This document shows, in pieces, positions 18,355-27,294 of a stretch of DNA of 64,000 nucleotides. The notes under the pieces are model-generated. The model had not been told where the DNA came from. It saw only the letters and a program-made list of their open reading frames with translations, and searched no databases. Numbering within the stretch: the stretch's first letter is position 1; the number at the start of each line of letters is the position of its first letter. Source of the stretch: Fibrobacteria bacterium. Its GTDB lineage: Bacteria > Fibrobacterota > Fibrobacteria > UBA11236 > JADFYW01. The stretch spans positions 56,830 to 120,829 of the forward strand of contig JADFYW010000001.1 of NCBI GenBank assembly GCA_015232855.1, written 5' to 3'. Made by a program: the position numbers and the translations under genes.

Positions 18355-18759
18355 ATGACACTTACAACTAATAGAACCGCACCCACGACCTTGGATAATT
18401 TTTTTGACAACATCTTTTATACTAAAGAAGATTTTGCATTAACTCCCCGTGCCCGTGTCTGGGAGAAAGACGATAATATCGCCGTTCACCTGGAACTTCC
18501 CGGGGTAAGTAAAGAAGACATCAAGGTTGAAGTAAAGGACAATGTACTAAGCATAAGCGCTGCCAAGAAAGCAGAGAAAGTCGAAAAATCCGAAGCACTC
18601 TATATTAACGAGATCTCTTACGGAGACTACAACCGTTCTTTCAAACTTTCAGATGAGGTGAAACATGATAGTATTAATGCGGAATACAAAGATGGTGTAC
18701 TTAAACTAACCCTCACCAAAAAAGAAAAAGAAAAACCAAAAACAATTGCTATTAAGTAA
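18355..18759 (+). CDS. small heat-shock protein, Hsp20/alpha-crystallin family
   Basis: AGGAGG Shine-Dalgarno 6 nt before the ATG at 18355; the longer 18226 ORF has no support. ...VHLELPGVSKEDIKVEVKDNVLSISAAKK...FKLSDEVKHDSINAEYKDGVLKLTLTKK is the canonical ACD pattern. Confidence 0.9.
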   Translation: MTLTTNRTAPTTLDNFFDNIFYTKEDFALTPRARVWEKDDNIAVHLELPGVSKEDIKVEVKDNVLSISAAKKAEKVEKSEALYINEISYGDYNRSFKLSDEVKHDSINAEYKDGVLKLTLTKKEKEKPKTIAIK

Positions 18760-18782
18760 TCCCTATTAACCTTAACCCACGA

Positions 18783-18817
18783 GGCGCGCCCCAGGGCGCG
18801 CTTCTTGGCTTTTTTTT
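18783..18817 (+). terminator. Rho-independent terminator after hsp20
   Basis: GGCGCGCC-ccag-GGCGCGC GC-rich hairpin followed by a T8 run. Confidence 0.65.
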
Positions 18818-18903
18818 CAAATGTTATTGAAAAAAAAGTTATCTCACAACACAAACAACCTTCATTTCAATAGTGTTCGTCTTAGGATGACCCTACTATC
18901 ATT

Positions 18904-18930
18904 TAAAAATAAATTGAAAGTACCCGATAA
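18904..18930 (+). promoter_or_regulatory. second sigma-28 type promoter, in front of the 474-aa membrane protein gene
   Basis: TAAA-N15-CCCGATAA (7/8 match in the -10 element, exact spacing), 60 nt upstream of the ATG at 18991. Confidence 0.55.
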
Positions 18931-18990
18931 GCGGGTTTACTCTTGTATCTGATGAAGCAAATAGGTATGCTATATTGAATTGTTTATACT

Positions 18991-20415
18991 ATGAGAAATA
19001 ATTTAATATTTATATGCCTGCTTGCAGTTTTGGGTTTCCCCCAATCTCACAAAGGGAAATGGTTTGAATCGAACAAAGAACAAGTACCTGCCAAAGAACA
19101 TAACAGCATAAATTCCGATTGGAACCTGGCCTCGGAACTCTCAATTGCCCTTCCCGATTACCACCGCTATTTCAGATCTGGTCGGCATCAAAAGCTATTA
19201 CAAAAGCTTAAAAATGATAACAATATCAGCCCAACAATATTTACTCAGGATTCACTGGAAACGGTACTGGAACACGCAAAAAAGAAAAGGAACGATATAT
19301 TACACTTTATTGCCAACATCGTAATGTATGCCCAGACAAGAACCATCAGCGAGGACAGGGCATGCAAGGCCCTCAGCCATGCTGCAGCTACCGCTTTTCA
19401 CCAGATTAACAACCCTTCTCTATCCCAGTCTGTTTATGAATTGTCCTTAGCATCGGCTTGTGTTGGTGCCGCTGATTCTTTAAAGAAAATCCAAACCTAT
19501 ATAAATACAGATTTACCGGTAGCTAACATTTTACAAACAAAGTGGCATAATACCTCAGAAGAACAGAAGAGACAGTATATCACCACTCTCCAACAAACGC
19601 TGGAAGAATACCCGTCGACATCTCTCAAACTCCGGGTTTTTAAAACAATAGGTGATGTATATTATTCATTAAAAAAATACCGGCTTATGAGATCATGGTA
19701 TAAGAAAGCCGTCATGATAGATTCTTCCATAGCTAAAAATACGCCTGTTGGATACCGAATACTGCGGGGAGAAAAATTTATAATGCGGGATAACACGGTC
19801 TATGCTGCTTACGGTGCATATTTCATTATACTCTGTATTATTATTTTCAGGATTATGCGATATCGTAAAAACTTTGATTACTTTTTATTTTTAAAAAAAA
19901 CAGTTTTATTCCTGGTTCTCTATGGTCTGGCTTCGGGTTTAATTGGTTATTTGGACGCACAAACTTTTTTAGATACTGCTGTGCAACTGGCTGTTGAAGA
20001 ACCCCAGGTAGTAAGTCCTGCGGTACCACTAAGTATTTTCGATAATTCGTTTTGGCCTAAAGGAATATGGGTCCTTGTACTGGGGTTTATTCCTGTGTTA
20101 CTTATTATCCTTTATACATCATTCAAAGCAACATCCTCTTTTTTCGCCCTAGCTACCATTATTTTTCTTTCTGTTACTGCAATATGGGGCCACCTTTTTA
20201 TCGTATATGGGTATGATGAAGCCATGATGCCACAACATTATTTTAGAACCATGCGTATTTATTTTGACGGCGAACTGGAGAAAGTTTTAACAGAAAACCC
20301 TCAAAAAGCTATTAATGCAAATCCCGGAATTTTGAATTCAGATAATATTGATCTTAATATGTTTTTAAAGAATCATTTCCCTAACGGACTAGGAAAGGCA
20401 ACAGAGGACCAATAG
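18991..20415 (+). CDS. hypothetical membrane protein: signal peptide, ~260-aa helical periplasmic region, ~5 C-terminal TM helices
   Basis: 474 aa. N-terminal MRNNLIFICLLAVLGF. Hydrophobic stretches YAAYGAYFIILCIIIFRI, VLFLVLYGLASGLIGY, IWVLVLGFIPVLLIILY, FFALATIIFLSVTAIWGHLFIV. No catalytic motif recognised. Confidence 0.7.
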   Translation: MRNNLIFICLLAVLGFPQSHKGKWFESNKEQVPAKEHNSINSDWNLASELSIALPDYHRYFRSGRHQKLLQKLKNDNNISPTIFTQDSLETVLEHAKKKRNDILHFIANIVMYAQTRTISEDRACKALSHAAATAFHQINNPSLSQSVYELSLASACVGAADSLKKIQTYINTDLPVANILQTKWHNTSEEQKRQYITTLQQTLEEYPSTSLKLRVFKTIGDVYYSLKKYRLMRSWYKKAVMIDSSIAKNTPVGYRILRGEKFIMRDNTVYAAYGAYFIILCIIIFRIMRYRKNFDYFLFLKKTVLFLVLYGLASGLIGYLDAQTFLDTAVQLAVEEPQVVSPAVPLSIFDNSFWPKGIWVLVLGFIPVLLIILYTSFKATSSFFALATIIFLSVTAIWGHLFIVYGYDEAMMPQHYFRTMRIYFDGELEKVLTENPQKAINANPGILNSDNIDLNMFLKNHFPNGLGKATEDQ

Positions 20416-20665
20416 CTCCACGGTCGGTGTTCATCAATATTTCTCAAAAATATTGATTGAACTCATATCAACACATCCTTTCCAAAAACGCTGTATATGG
20501 GTACATTTCCCCTATAAAAGCGGCTTTCGTACCGAAAACGGGTCTGATTTTTCGATTTTTACAACTCTTATTTATGGTAAAAATATATCTTTCCTATAAG
20601 ATTGGTCTATCATCTTTATACTACAAGTTGCATAGGAATACTACTCATATCCTGCAGGAGGATGC

Positions 20666-22423
20666 ATGAATATTTTTTTAACATATCGTTTTTTCATATG
20701 TTTTTTGTTTATACTACTTTGTATCGGGCACCAGAGTTTTGCACTCCATTTTGTCGCCTATGGTGATACCCGTTCGAACCCATCGCTTCACACTACGGTG
20801 TTAAATGGGATATCATCAGAAAATCCTGAACTCATATTAAATTCCGGAGACCTTTGGAATGGTTATGAAGCCAGTTTTAATGATGTTGTCGGTGCAAATG
20901 CCAACATAAAAACTCTTCTGGAAACCAATTTATATCTCATTGCCCAAGGGAACCATGAAGATGATACACAAATAATTAATCACCGCCCCTCTCTTGTAAG
21001 AAATGGTTCTGTTAAGTATTCCTTTACTATGGACAATATCTTTTTTATCGCTTCTGCTGTTATCCCTGATAATGAATACATTGAAGCACAACTACAAACG
21101 CAAGCCGCTAAAGACGCTGCCTGGAGAATAATATTTTTTCATATCCCGGTTTATAGCTCTGGTGGTCATGTAATGGAAGGGATACCTGATTTCGAAAAAC
21201 TTTGTGATCAATATAATGTTGAAATGGTCTTTAGCGGACACAGCCACAACTATGACCGCACCTATCTTCTGTACGACCGGCAAGTAGTAACCGAAGAGAA
21301 AGACATCAATCATGAGGTGAAAGGAACTTTCTATGTAGTAACCGGAGGAGGTGGTGCACCACTTTATGAAGTTACCAAACAATGGTGGCAGGACCCGGCC
21401 TCTGTCAGCACTCTGCATTATTGCGTAATAACAACCTCTGATGTAGATCTAAACATGGTGGTTAAAAAGCCTGATGGTACCATCATAGACCAGTTATCAA
21501 TAACCAAGGCTCTTCCTCCTTATGAGCTGGTCACAAATGCAGAAAACGGCTCTATCACTGTTGACCCCGCAAACAGCCCGTATGATGCAGACGCGGAAGT
21601 AACCCTTACCGCTGTGGCAGACCAGGGATTCATTTTTAGAGGCTGGAGTGGTAATATTTCCGGTGAAACCAACCCGGTTACCATAAAAATGACCTCTCCC
21701 AAAACCATTAATGCAAACTTTAGTGAGGCCGGTAGCGAAGAATATCTCAGTGATCTTCCTTTTACAACCATCGAGAACGGATATGGACCTGTGGAACTGG
21801 ATATGAGTAACGGTGAAAACGCTTCCGGAGATGGTAATACCTTAACAATAAATGGTGTGACCTATACCAAGGGTCTTGGGGTGCATTCCGATTTCGAAGC
21901 GAAATGGATACTGGGTGGTGTTTACTCAGATTTTAAGGCAGACATCGGTTTGGATGATGAAACCGCTGGCACCGTAATTTTTGAAGTCTATGTAGATGGC
22001 ACTCTTAAATTTAAAAGTGATTTAAAGTCTGCGGGTGATCCCGCGGAGTCTATATCAATAGACGTAAGCGGAGGAAATGAACTTGTATTAAAGGTAACCG
22101 ATGGGGGAGATGGCATGTCCAGAGACCATGCTGACTGGGCTGATGCCCGGCTTGTGGTAAAAAGCCATGTTTCTGCTGTTGCGATTAACACAAACAACAT
22201 TAAAGCACTTCCGTCGGTAATGGGTTCCCGGTTGGATCTTGCCCCTTATGTCGGATTGAGATCTGTAACCGTCTACAGCATAACCGGACGTAAGATGTTT
22301 TTTGAAAAAATTGGAACCAAAAGAGGATTGCTTAACCTTCGGGATTTAAACCAGGGGCAATACATCCTTAAGTTCAATTTTATTGATGGTGATATCCATA
22401 AAAGAATGCTGCAGTTGAATTAG
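20666..22423 (+). CDS. secreted calcineurin-like metallophosphoesterase + InlB B-repeat-like domain + NPCBM-like domain + T9SS C-terminal sorting domain
   Basis: 585 aa with a GGAGG Shine-Dalgarno. Phosphoesterase motifs FVAYGDTRS, SGDLWNG, QGNHED, FFHIPVYSSG, SGHSHNYDR. ...FIFRGWSGNISGETNPVTIKMTSPKTINANF (InlB B-repeat style). ...YLSDLPF..ENGYGPVELDMSNGE...TINGVTYTKGLGVHS...HADWADARL (NPCBM style). The terminal ~75 aa ...VTVYSITGRKMF...LNQGQYILKF... look like a Por-secretion CTD. Confidence 0.85.
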   Translation: MNIFLTYRFFICFLFILLCIGHQSFALHFVAYGDTRSNPSLHTTVLNGISSENPELILNSGDLWNGYEASFNDVVGANANIKTLLETNLYLIAQGNHEDDTQIINHRPSLVRNGSVKYSFTMDNIFFIASAVIPDNEYIEAQLQTQAAKDAAWRIIFFHIPVYSSGGHVMEGIPDFEKLCDQYNVEMVFSGHSHNYDRTYLLYDRQVVTEEKDINHEVKGTFYVVTGGGGAPLYEVTKQWWQDPASVSTLHYCVITTSDVDLNMVVKKPDGTIIDQLSITKALPPYELVTNAENGSITVDPANSPYDADAEVTLTAVADQGFIFRGWSGNISGETNPVTIKMTSPKTINANFSEAGSEEYLSDLPFTTIENGYGPVELDMSNGENASGDGNTLTINGVTYTKGLGVHSDFEAKWILGGVYSDFKADIGLDDETAGTVIFEVYVDGTLKFKSDLKSAGDPAESISIDVSGGNELVLKVTDGGDGMSRDHADWADARLVVKSHVSAVAINTNNIKALPSVMGSRLDLAPYVGLRSVTVYSITGRKMFFEKIGTKRGLLNLRDLNQGQYILKFNFIDGDIHKRMLQLN

Positions 22424-22513
22424 ACCCGGTAAAACGTCTCTGGCCACGCCCAACCTGCCCATAGCTTCAGCGACGCGGGAAGGACGTGGATTTCTCCGCA
22501 ATATTAAATCAAG

Positions 22514-23299
22514 CTAAGGTCGTTCAAGATAACGGGTGGTAAAATATTCGTCTTTTACTTTTGGGTTCAACACCATTTTTTCTATTACCAAAAGTGACTT
22601 ACGACCATTTTGTTTATTTATCATAACAAGATCCGTCGGACGGAATTTCCCTTTTTCAGCATCCAGTTCTTTAACCGCATTCACCGTTAATTCCTTATGT
22701 AATTCCCCATCCAAATCATAATAGATGGTCTGCTTTACAACATAATTTGATTTATCGATAGAAGTAATTCTTTTTGAAAAGCCATTTTCTTCTGCAATAT
22801 CATCATCTTTTGGAACAATTTCTATCTTCCAGCAATCGGCTTCACCACATTTTTCTTCGGATAAAATTTTATAAGTGAATTCATCCAACACCGGTGGATT
22901 CATATCTGCATAAGAAAATTCAGAACCCATAAAGCTTTTTGCTTTTTCACTTGAAACAATACGCCGGGTCTTTCTGAGAGCTGGCATAAACAGCCACATA
23001 TCATCATCTTTTTCTTTATAATCATAGGTCAACAACCCGGTCCCTTTTACATCAGCAGGAGACAAAAAACGAATCATTTTCTTTTCGGTATTCCCCTTAT
23101 CATATAATTTTGTGACCTGGGCAACCTTACGCACCCGTTCCCTTCCTTTTCCGTCAACTATAGTCATCACAGAAATAGACTCTACCCCACTAATTTTCGA
23201 TACATCATCTGCCTTATCGATTATTTCTTTTGCAGAAAGTTTTTCACCGGCAAAGGAAATGCTAATGGCAAGGATAACAGTGAACAAAATCATCTTCAT
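22514..23299 (-). CDS. outer-membrane lipoprotein-sorting (LolA-like) protein of MMPL cassettes
   Basis: 261 aa with a GGAGG Shine-Dalgarno. Signal peptide MKMILFTVILAISISFA. ...LLTYDYKEKDDDMWLFMPALRKTRRIVSSEKAKSFMGSEFSYADM... is typical of the LolA_like family. It is the last gene of the TetR/OMP/MMPL operon. Confidence 0.75.
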   Translation of the reverse strand: MKMILFTVILAISISFAGEKLSAKEIIDKADDVSKISGVESISVMTIVDGKGRERVRKVAQVTKLYDKGNTEKKMIRFLSPADVKGTGLLTYDYKEKDDDMWLFMPALRKTRRIVSSEKAKSFMGSEFSYADMNPPVLDEFTYKILSEEKCGEADCWKIEIVPKDDDIAEENGFSKRITSIDKSNYVVKQTIYYDLDGELHKELTVNAVKELDAEKGKFRPTDLVMINKQNGRKSLLVIEKMVLNPKVKDEYFTTRYLERP

Positions 23300-23348
23300 A
23301 ATTTACCTCCTTTTGATATTTTTTAACTAAAGTATATTTATTAGTCCT

Positions 23349-23449
23349 CAGTAATCAGTCGTCTGTAATCAGATTTCTATTTGTGGCTTCTCCATGTTTT
23401 AAATATATGGAAACCCATTATTAATCTGAATACTGATATCTGACTACTG
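23349..23449. repeat. imperfect 27-nt inverted repeat (21/27 match, 47-nt spacer) made of NNNTCAG / CTGANNN heptamers, inside the MMPL operon
   Basis: Left arm CAGTAATCAGTCGTCTGTAATCAGATT (23349-23375). Right arm AATCTGAATACTGATATCTGACTACTG (23423-23449). The right side continues as CTGAATA CTGATAT CTGACTA CTGAACA (23426-23453). Confidence 0.6.
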
Positions 23450-23482
23450 AACACTTCTTATTACACACAATCCTGGTCTTAT

Positions 23483-25741
23483 TCATATTTTTGGTTCAAG
23501 AAATTTTGGTCTTATTACTAAACATAACGCAGGAATCAATATAATCGCTCCCACCAGACAGGCAAAGATGGATATAACCACCAGCAATCCAAAAAATTTG
23601 ACTGGCATAAAACTAGAAAGAACTAAAACCACAAAACCGATAATCACTGAAAGCGCGTTAAATACTATCCCGCGCCCGGTAGTCGTAAGGGTCTTAAGAA
23701 CAGCCCTGTCCGGGGCAAGTCCATTCTGCCGCTCTTCCCGGTAGCGCCAGAGAAAGTGCAATGTATAATCAATCCCCACTCCTATCATAATTGAGGTGAG
23801 CATAGCGGTGGCAATATTCAAATGAATTTTCAAATAGCCCATTAGTCCGAACAAAACACCCACCGAAAGCAAGAGAGGAATGGCCGATATCAGCCCGGCT
23901 ACTATCGAACGAAACATAATCATTATCAGAACTCCTACCGTTAAGATAGCGAGACTGAGTGAAAGTAACTGTCCGTTGATAACAATATCAGCCAGTTCAA
24001 GAATAATAGTTCCAAACCCCCCAACCACTCTGAAATTTGGGTCCCCTTCATTCATAGCTTCAACCCGCTGTATAACCGAGCGCAGACTCGGAGTACTTTC
24101 GGTGTTTATCCTGGCATTGATAACTGCGTTTTCATAGGGAAAATCCACCAGTTTCTCAAAATCCTCCGGGTCTCCGCTCATGCCATAAAGTTCAAAATAC
24201 TGAGCAATAGCTTGCCGGTTGTCAGGGATAGTATCGTACCATTCATCCCCTATATCGTTTAACGCCCGGCTCATCATCCGCATCACTCGTGCTATGGAAG
24301 AAGTAATACCTACTTCTGGCATCTGTTCCAGGGCCCGTTCTACTGAATCAATTTTTGCTAATACTCTCGGGTCTCTGATGTCCCCAGTGTAAAGGATTGA
24401 TATATTCTGCATACCTCCGAGATGTTCGTTAATAATATCTGAAGTTTTAATAACCGGGTGACTTTTCGGAAAATAATTATTGGGATTGGCGTCTATCATG
24501 ATAAAATAGATTCCGGATGACACCAAAAAAGAGAAGAGCAGGGAAGCAATAATAATCTTCCCGGGCGATTTCGCTATAACTGAAGCGAAATACTCAAGCA
24601 GCCGTTCCATAATTCTTTTTTTGTCCGTCGCATCTTCGGATATCACCGGCTTTGCTTTAGGGATGAGTGAGAGCACAGCGGGAATAAAAAGCAGACTCGC
24701 CGCCAGGGCATACAGTATTCCCACCCCCGCAAGCACCCCTATTTGCCTTGCCGGAATAAGTATATGACCAAAAAGACAAAGCATTCCACTAAAAGTTGTA
24801 AGGCCAGCAAGTATGATAGGACGGGAAAGCCCTGTAAATGCCATCTTTGCCAGTTCTTGTTTACTCAGGGTATTCCCCTTTTTATTATCCTCCTGGTAGC
24901 GGGCTATAATATGTATACCATAATCATTAGCTACCGCAATTAAAATAACCGGGCACAAGACCGTTATCATGGTAATCTTCCAGCCGAGCAAGGGAATAAG
25001 CCCCATAGCCACAATGACCGACATGATAACGACCATAAACGGTAGTATCACTCCCCTGAGCTGACGAAAGCAAACAAATAAAAACAACAGCATAATAATA
25101 ATACCATAGGGCAATAGTCGCTTCATATCAGCTTGTATATCTGTCCCGATATACTGACGTGTAATTGGGAAACCACCAATAAAAGTTTCCGCTTTTCCCG
25201 GATTCTCCGCCACTATCTTTTTAATATCTGCAATAATCCCTTCGCTTGGTACATCAAAATCAAGAATAGCGATAACATTAGCTATCTGAAAATCTTCAGA
25301 AACAACTGAACCATACACCAGATCATTTTCACGCAAAGTCTTCCTGAGCGCTTCAGTCTGATCCCTCGTTTTCGGGATACGCTTAACCGCAGGTTCCACT
25401 ATCATGGCGCCATCTTCGCCCTTAATGTTTTTTAATTCAAAAAGTGACAACACCTCATCAACGCCTTTAATTCGTTTTATCTTCCGGGATATTTTTTTTA
25501 TGCGCTTCAGCGTGGCAGCTTCCAGCACATCATCAGTCTTCACAATTATCATCACCATTTCCGAACCACCGAAAAGCTCTTCAATTTTATCGGTATTCAC
25601 CCGGGAAGAGAGTGTACCCGGAACCATATTTTTTACTTCCGGATCAATCTCCATTTTAGGCAGCTGGCTTGCAAAAAATCCCGTTACAGCCAGAAAACTG
25701 ATTATAACAAACCAGCGGTACTTAATAATGAAGTCAGCCAT
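23483..25741 (-). CDS. MMPL/RND-superfamily membrane transporter (two 6-TM bundles with SSD-like region; HpnN-like lipid exporter type)
   Basis: 752 aa. MADFIIKYRWFVIISFLAVTGFFA..., then two repeats of a periplasmic loop plus TM clusters (...ANDYGIHIIARYQE... / ...GVGIDYTLHFLWRYREE...). Confidence 0.85.
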   Translation of the reverse strand: MADFIIKYRWFVIISFLAVTGFFASQLPKMEIDPEVKNMVPGTLSSRVNTDKIEELFGGSEMVMIIVKTDDVLEAATLKRIKKISRKIKRIKGVDEVLSLFELKNIKGEDGAMIVEPAVKRIPKTRDQTEALRKTLRENDLVYGSVVSEDFQIANVIAILDFDVPSEGIIADIKKIVAENPGKAETFIGGFPITRQYIGTDIQADMKRLLPYGIIIMLLFLFVCFRQLRGVILPFMVVIMSVIVAMGLIPLLGWKITMITVLCPVILIAVANDYGIHIIARYQEDNKKGNTLSKQELAKMAFTGLSRPIILAGLTTFSGMLCLFGHILIPARQIGVLAGVGILYALAASLLFIPAVLSLIPKAKPVISEDATDKKRIMERLLEYFASVIAKSPGKIIIASLLFSFLVSSGIYFIMIDANPNNYFPKSHPVIKTSDIINEHLGGMQNISILYTGDIRDPRVLAKIDSVERALEQMPEVGITSSIARVMRMMSRALNDIGDEWYDTIPDNRQAIAQYFELYGMSGDPEDFEKLVDFPYENAVINARINTESTPSLRSVIQRVEAMNEGDPNFRVVGGFGTIILELADIVINGQLLSLSLAILTVGVLIMIMFRSIVAGLISAIPLLLSVGVLFGLMGYLKIHLNIATAMLTSIMIGVGIDYTLHFLWRYREERQNGLAPDRAVLKTLTTTGRGIVFNALSVIIGFVVLVLSSFMPVKFFGLLVVISIFACLVGAIILIPALCLVIRPKFLEPKI

Positions 25742-25755
25742 GATATACTTCCTTT

Positions 25756-27075
25756 TTAGAACGACGCTTTTAACTCCAGAAAACCCGCACCAAGATTTTC
25801 ATCTATCATACCGTATAAACTTTCTTTTGGCCCGAAATAAAGTTCCGCACCCGCGCGTACCCGGAGAGCATCGGTGATATCATAATATACATTTGGTCTC
25901 ACCATACTTTCTTGTGTGGTAAAGTTATACATACCTGGTAATTCTGCCACAAATGTTTCGTGTAACATTTTATAAGCAATCCTACAAAAAGCGCTATGGC
26001 TTATTTCATCCTGTTGGCCACTAAAGAGTTGGTTTCTCTGTATCAGTTCATTTTCTATTTCAACCATGGGGTTCAAACTTACCTGTGGTAATTCATAATC
26101 AAATACATATCGCCCCACATACTGCCCAAGTATACTCAAGTTCCCCATATCTTTATCCAAACCCAATACATATTGCATATCAGAGTTTGGCACAAACATC
26201 TTGTATTCATTATCTTCCGGCAACCGAAATGCGAATTCACCTCTTAACCCAAACAAAGAGGCAATGGTTGTAGAAAAGTCTGCCCCGTATACTTGTTGTC
26301 GATAGGCAATAGGAACAAGGGCTACATTAAACGAAGGAATCATTGAAATTAAAGCGTTAAACCCAGGTAACGGATTGTATCCGGTAAACCAGGATATTGA
26401 ACCATCAAAACTTGCCATCTCAAGGTTAAGCTTTAATGCATAAGCTGATTTTTTAATCTGCGATTTGGGATACACTGCATCCCCAATTACAATTCCATCC
26501 TCCAATTTAACCAAATGCAGTGGGAGTACTGACGCGCGGTATACGGGAACAAATACACCTTCCAGTCTCAATGGTCTGAAATTGAGCCAGGTCCGAAGCA
26601 GAGTATTTCCCTCCCGCCGATCATCCTCATCAGGAGAACGGGCTATCATGTTTTGTGGTGTGATATTGTTAGTGGGGTTAATACCATCCGCTCGTCCCCA
26701 GACGACTATCTGTTTTCCCAAGCGAATATCAAGGGGACCAAGATACGCATTTACATAAGCTTCCCGGAGATTAACCTCTGAGAACCCCTGCCCAAATTCA
26801 TTCCCATCCCGGAAACGGATTTCTGCAACGGCATCTCCAAAATTTGCTTTTTTGAATTTCACCTTAAGCGCAGCTTCTCCGTAGACACTCTTTACATCCG
26901 ATTCCCTTTTATCGGGAACTTTACCTCCATACATAACACCACGGGCATACCCATTCAGTTCATATTTCAAAGATGCATTTTCATCCCCGCTCGTAGCTTC
27001 TTCAAAAAGCCCCTGAGCAAAAGGAGACAATGCCAGGACGGTAGCTACTATAAACAATCGTACAATATTTTTCAT
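25756..27075 (-). CDS. outer-membrane beta-barrel protein of the MMPL cassette
   Basis: 439 aa. Signal peptide MKNIVRLFIVATVLALSPFAQG. Alternating beta-strand pattern; C-terminal ...GFLELKASF. 14 nt upstream of the MMPL gene. Confidence 0.75.
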   Translation of the reverse strand: MKNIVRLFIVATVLALSPFAQGLFEEATSGDENASLKYELNGYARGVMYGGKVPDKRESDVKSVYGEAALKVKFKKANFGDAVAEIRFRDGNEFGQGFSEVNLREAYVNAYLGPLDIRLGKQIVVWGRADGINPTNNITPQNMIARSPDEDDRREGNTLLRTWLNFRPLRLEGVFVPVYRASVLPLHLVKLEDGIVIGDAVYPKSQIKKSAYALKLNLEMASFDGSISWFTGYNPLPGFNALISMIPSFNVALVPIAYRQQVYGADFSTTIASLFGLRGEFAFRLPEDNEYKMFVPNSDMQYVLGLDKDMGNLSILGQYVGRYVFDYELPQVSLNPMVEIENELIQRNQLFSGQQDEISHSAFCRIAYKMLHETFVAELPGMYNFTTQESMVRPNVYYDITDALRVRAGAELYFGPKESLYGMIDENLGAGFLELKASF

Positions 27076-27125
27076 AAGAATCTCTTTGCTAACTTCCTCA
27101 ATTTTAATTTATAACCTAAAATTTT

Positions 27126-27226
27126 GATTGAAGAATAGCGATTAACGATTGAAGATTTAAGAAGTTTTTAGAACTCTGTTCAAGATACATCAAAAATCTG
27201 CAATCGTTAATCATCATTCTTCAATC
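27126..27226. repeat. 26-nt inverted repeat (23/26 match) with 49-nt spacer between tetR and the OMP gene
   Basis: GATTGAAGAATAGCGATTAACGATTG (27126-27151) pairs with CAATCGTTAATCATCATTCTTCAATC (27201-27226). GATTGAAGA recurs at 27148. Confidence 0.6.
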
Positions 27227-27263
27227 TATTCTCGTTTACTGCCCGCAAAGCGCTTTTATAAAA

Positions 27264-27291
27264 CTGATCACTGACAACTGACAACTGATAA
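27264..27291. repeat. four tandem heptamers CTGATCA CTGACAA CTGACAA CTGATAA, 3 nt downstream of the tetR stop
   Basis: Read directly. It is the same CTGAnnn unit as at 23426-23453. A 2-unit copy, CTGACAA CTGATTT, lies at 18167-18180. Confidence 0.6.
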
Positions 27292-27294
27292 CTT

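Noticed and set aside
20457-20669. 70-aa ORF filling the gap upstream of the metallophosphoesterase gene. I also looked for a riboswitch in this 250-nt gap.
   Set aside because: The ORF has odd composition and no Shine-Dalgarno. Only short hairpins are present (an AT-rich TCAATATTT/AAATATTGA stem after the upstream gene, probably a weak terminator). No riboswitch consensus was recognised.
22424-22513. GC-rich 90-nt spacer between convergent genes. It shares short strings (CAnCCTGCCC; CATAGC..GACGC) with the 7400-7520 island.
   Set aside because: The shared strings are in inconsistent orientations and are short enough to be chance. No convincing hairpin or terminator could be drawn.
27113-27217. 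33-codon minus-strand ORF (MMINDCRFLMYLEQSSKNF...) spanning the loop of the 27126-27226 inverted repeat.
   Set aside because: It has no convincing Shine-Dalgarno and low-complexity AT-driven composition. It is most likely a by-product of the repeat.
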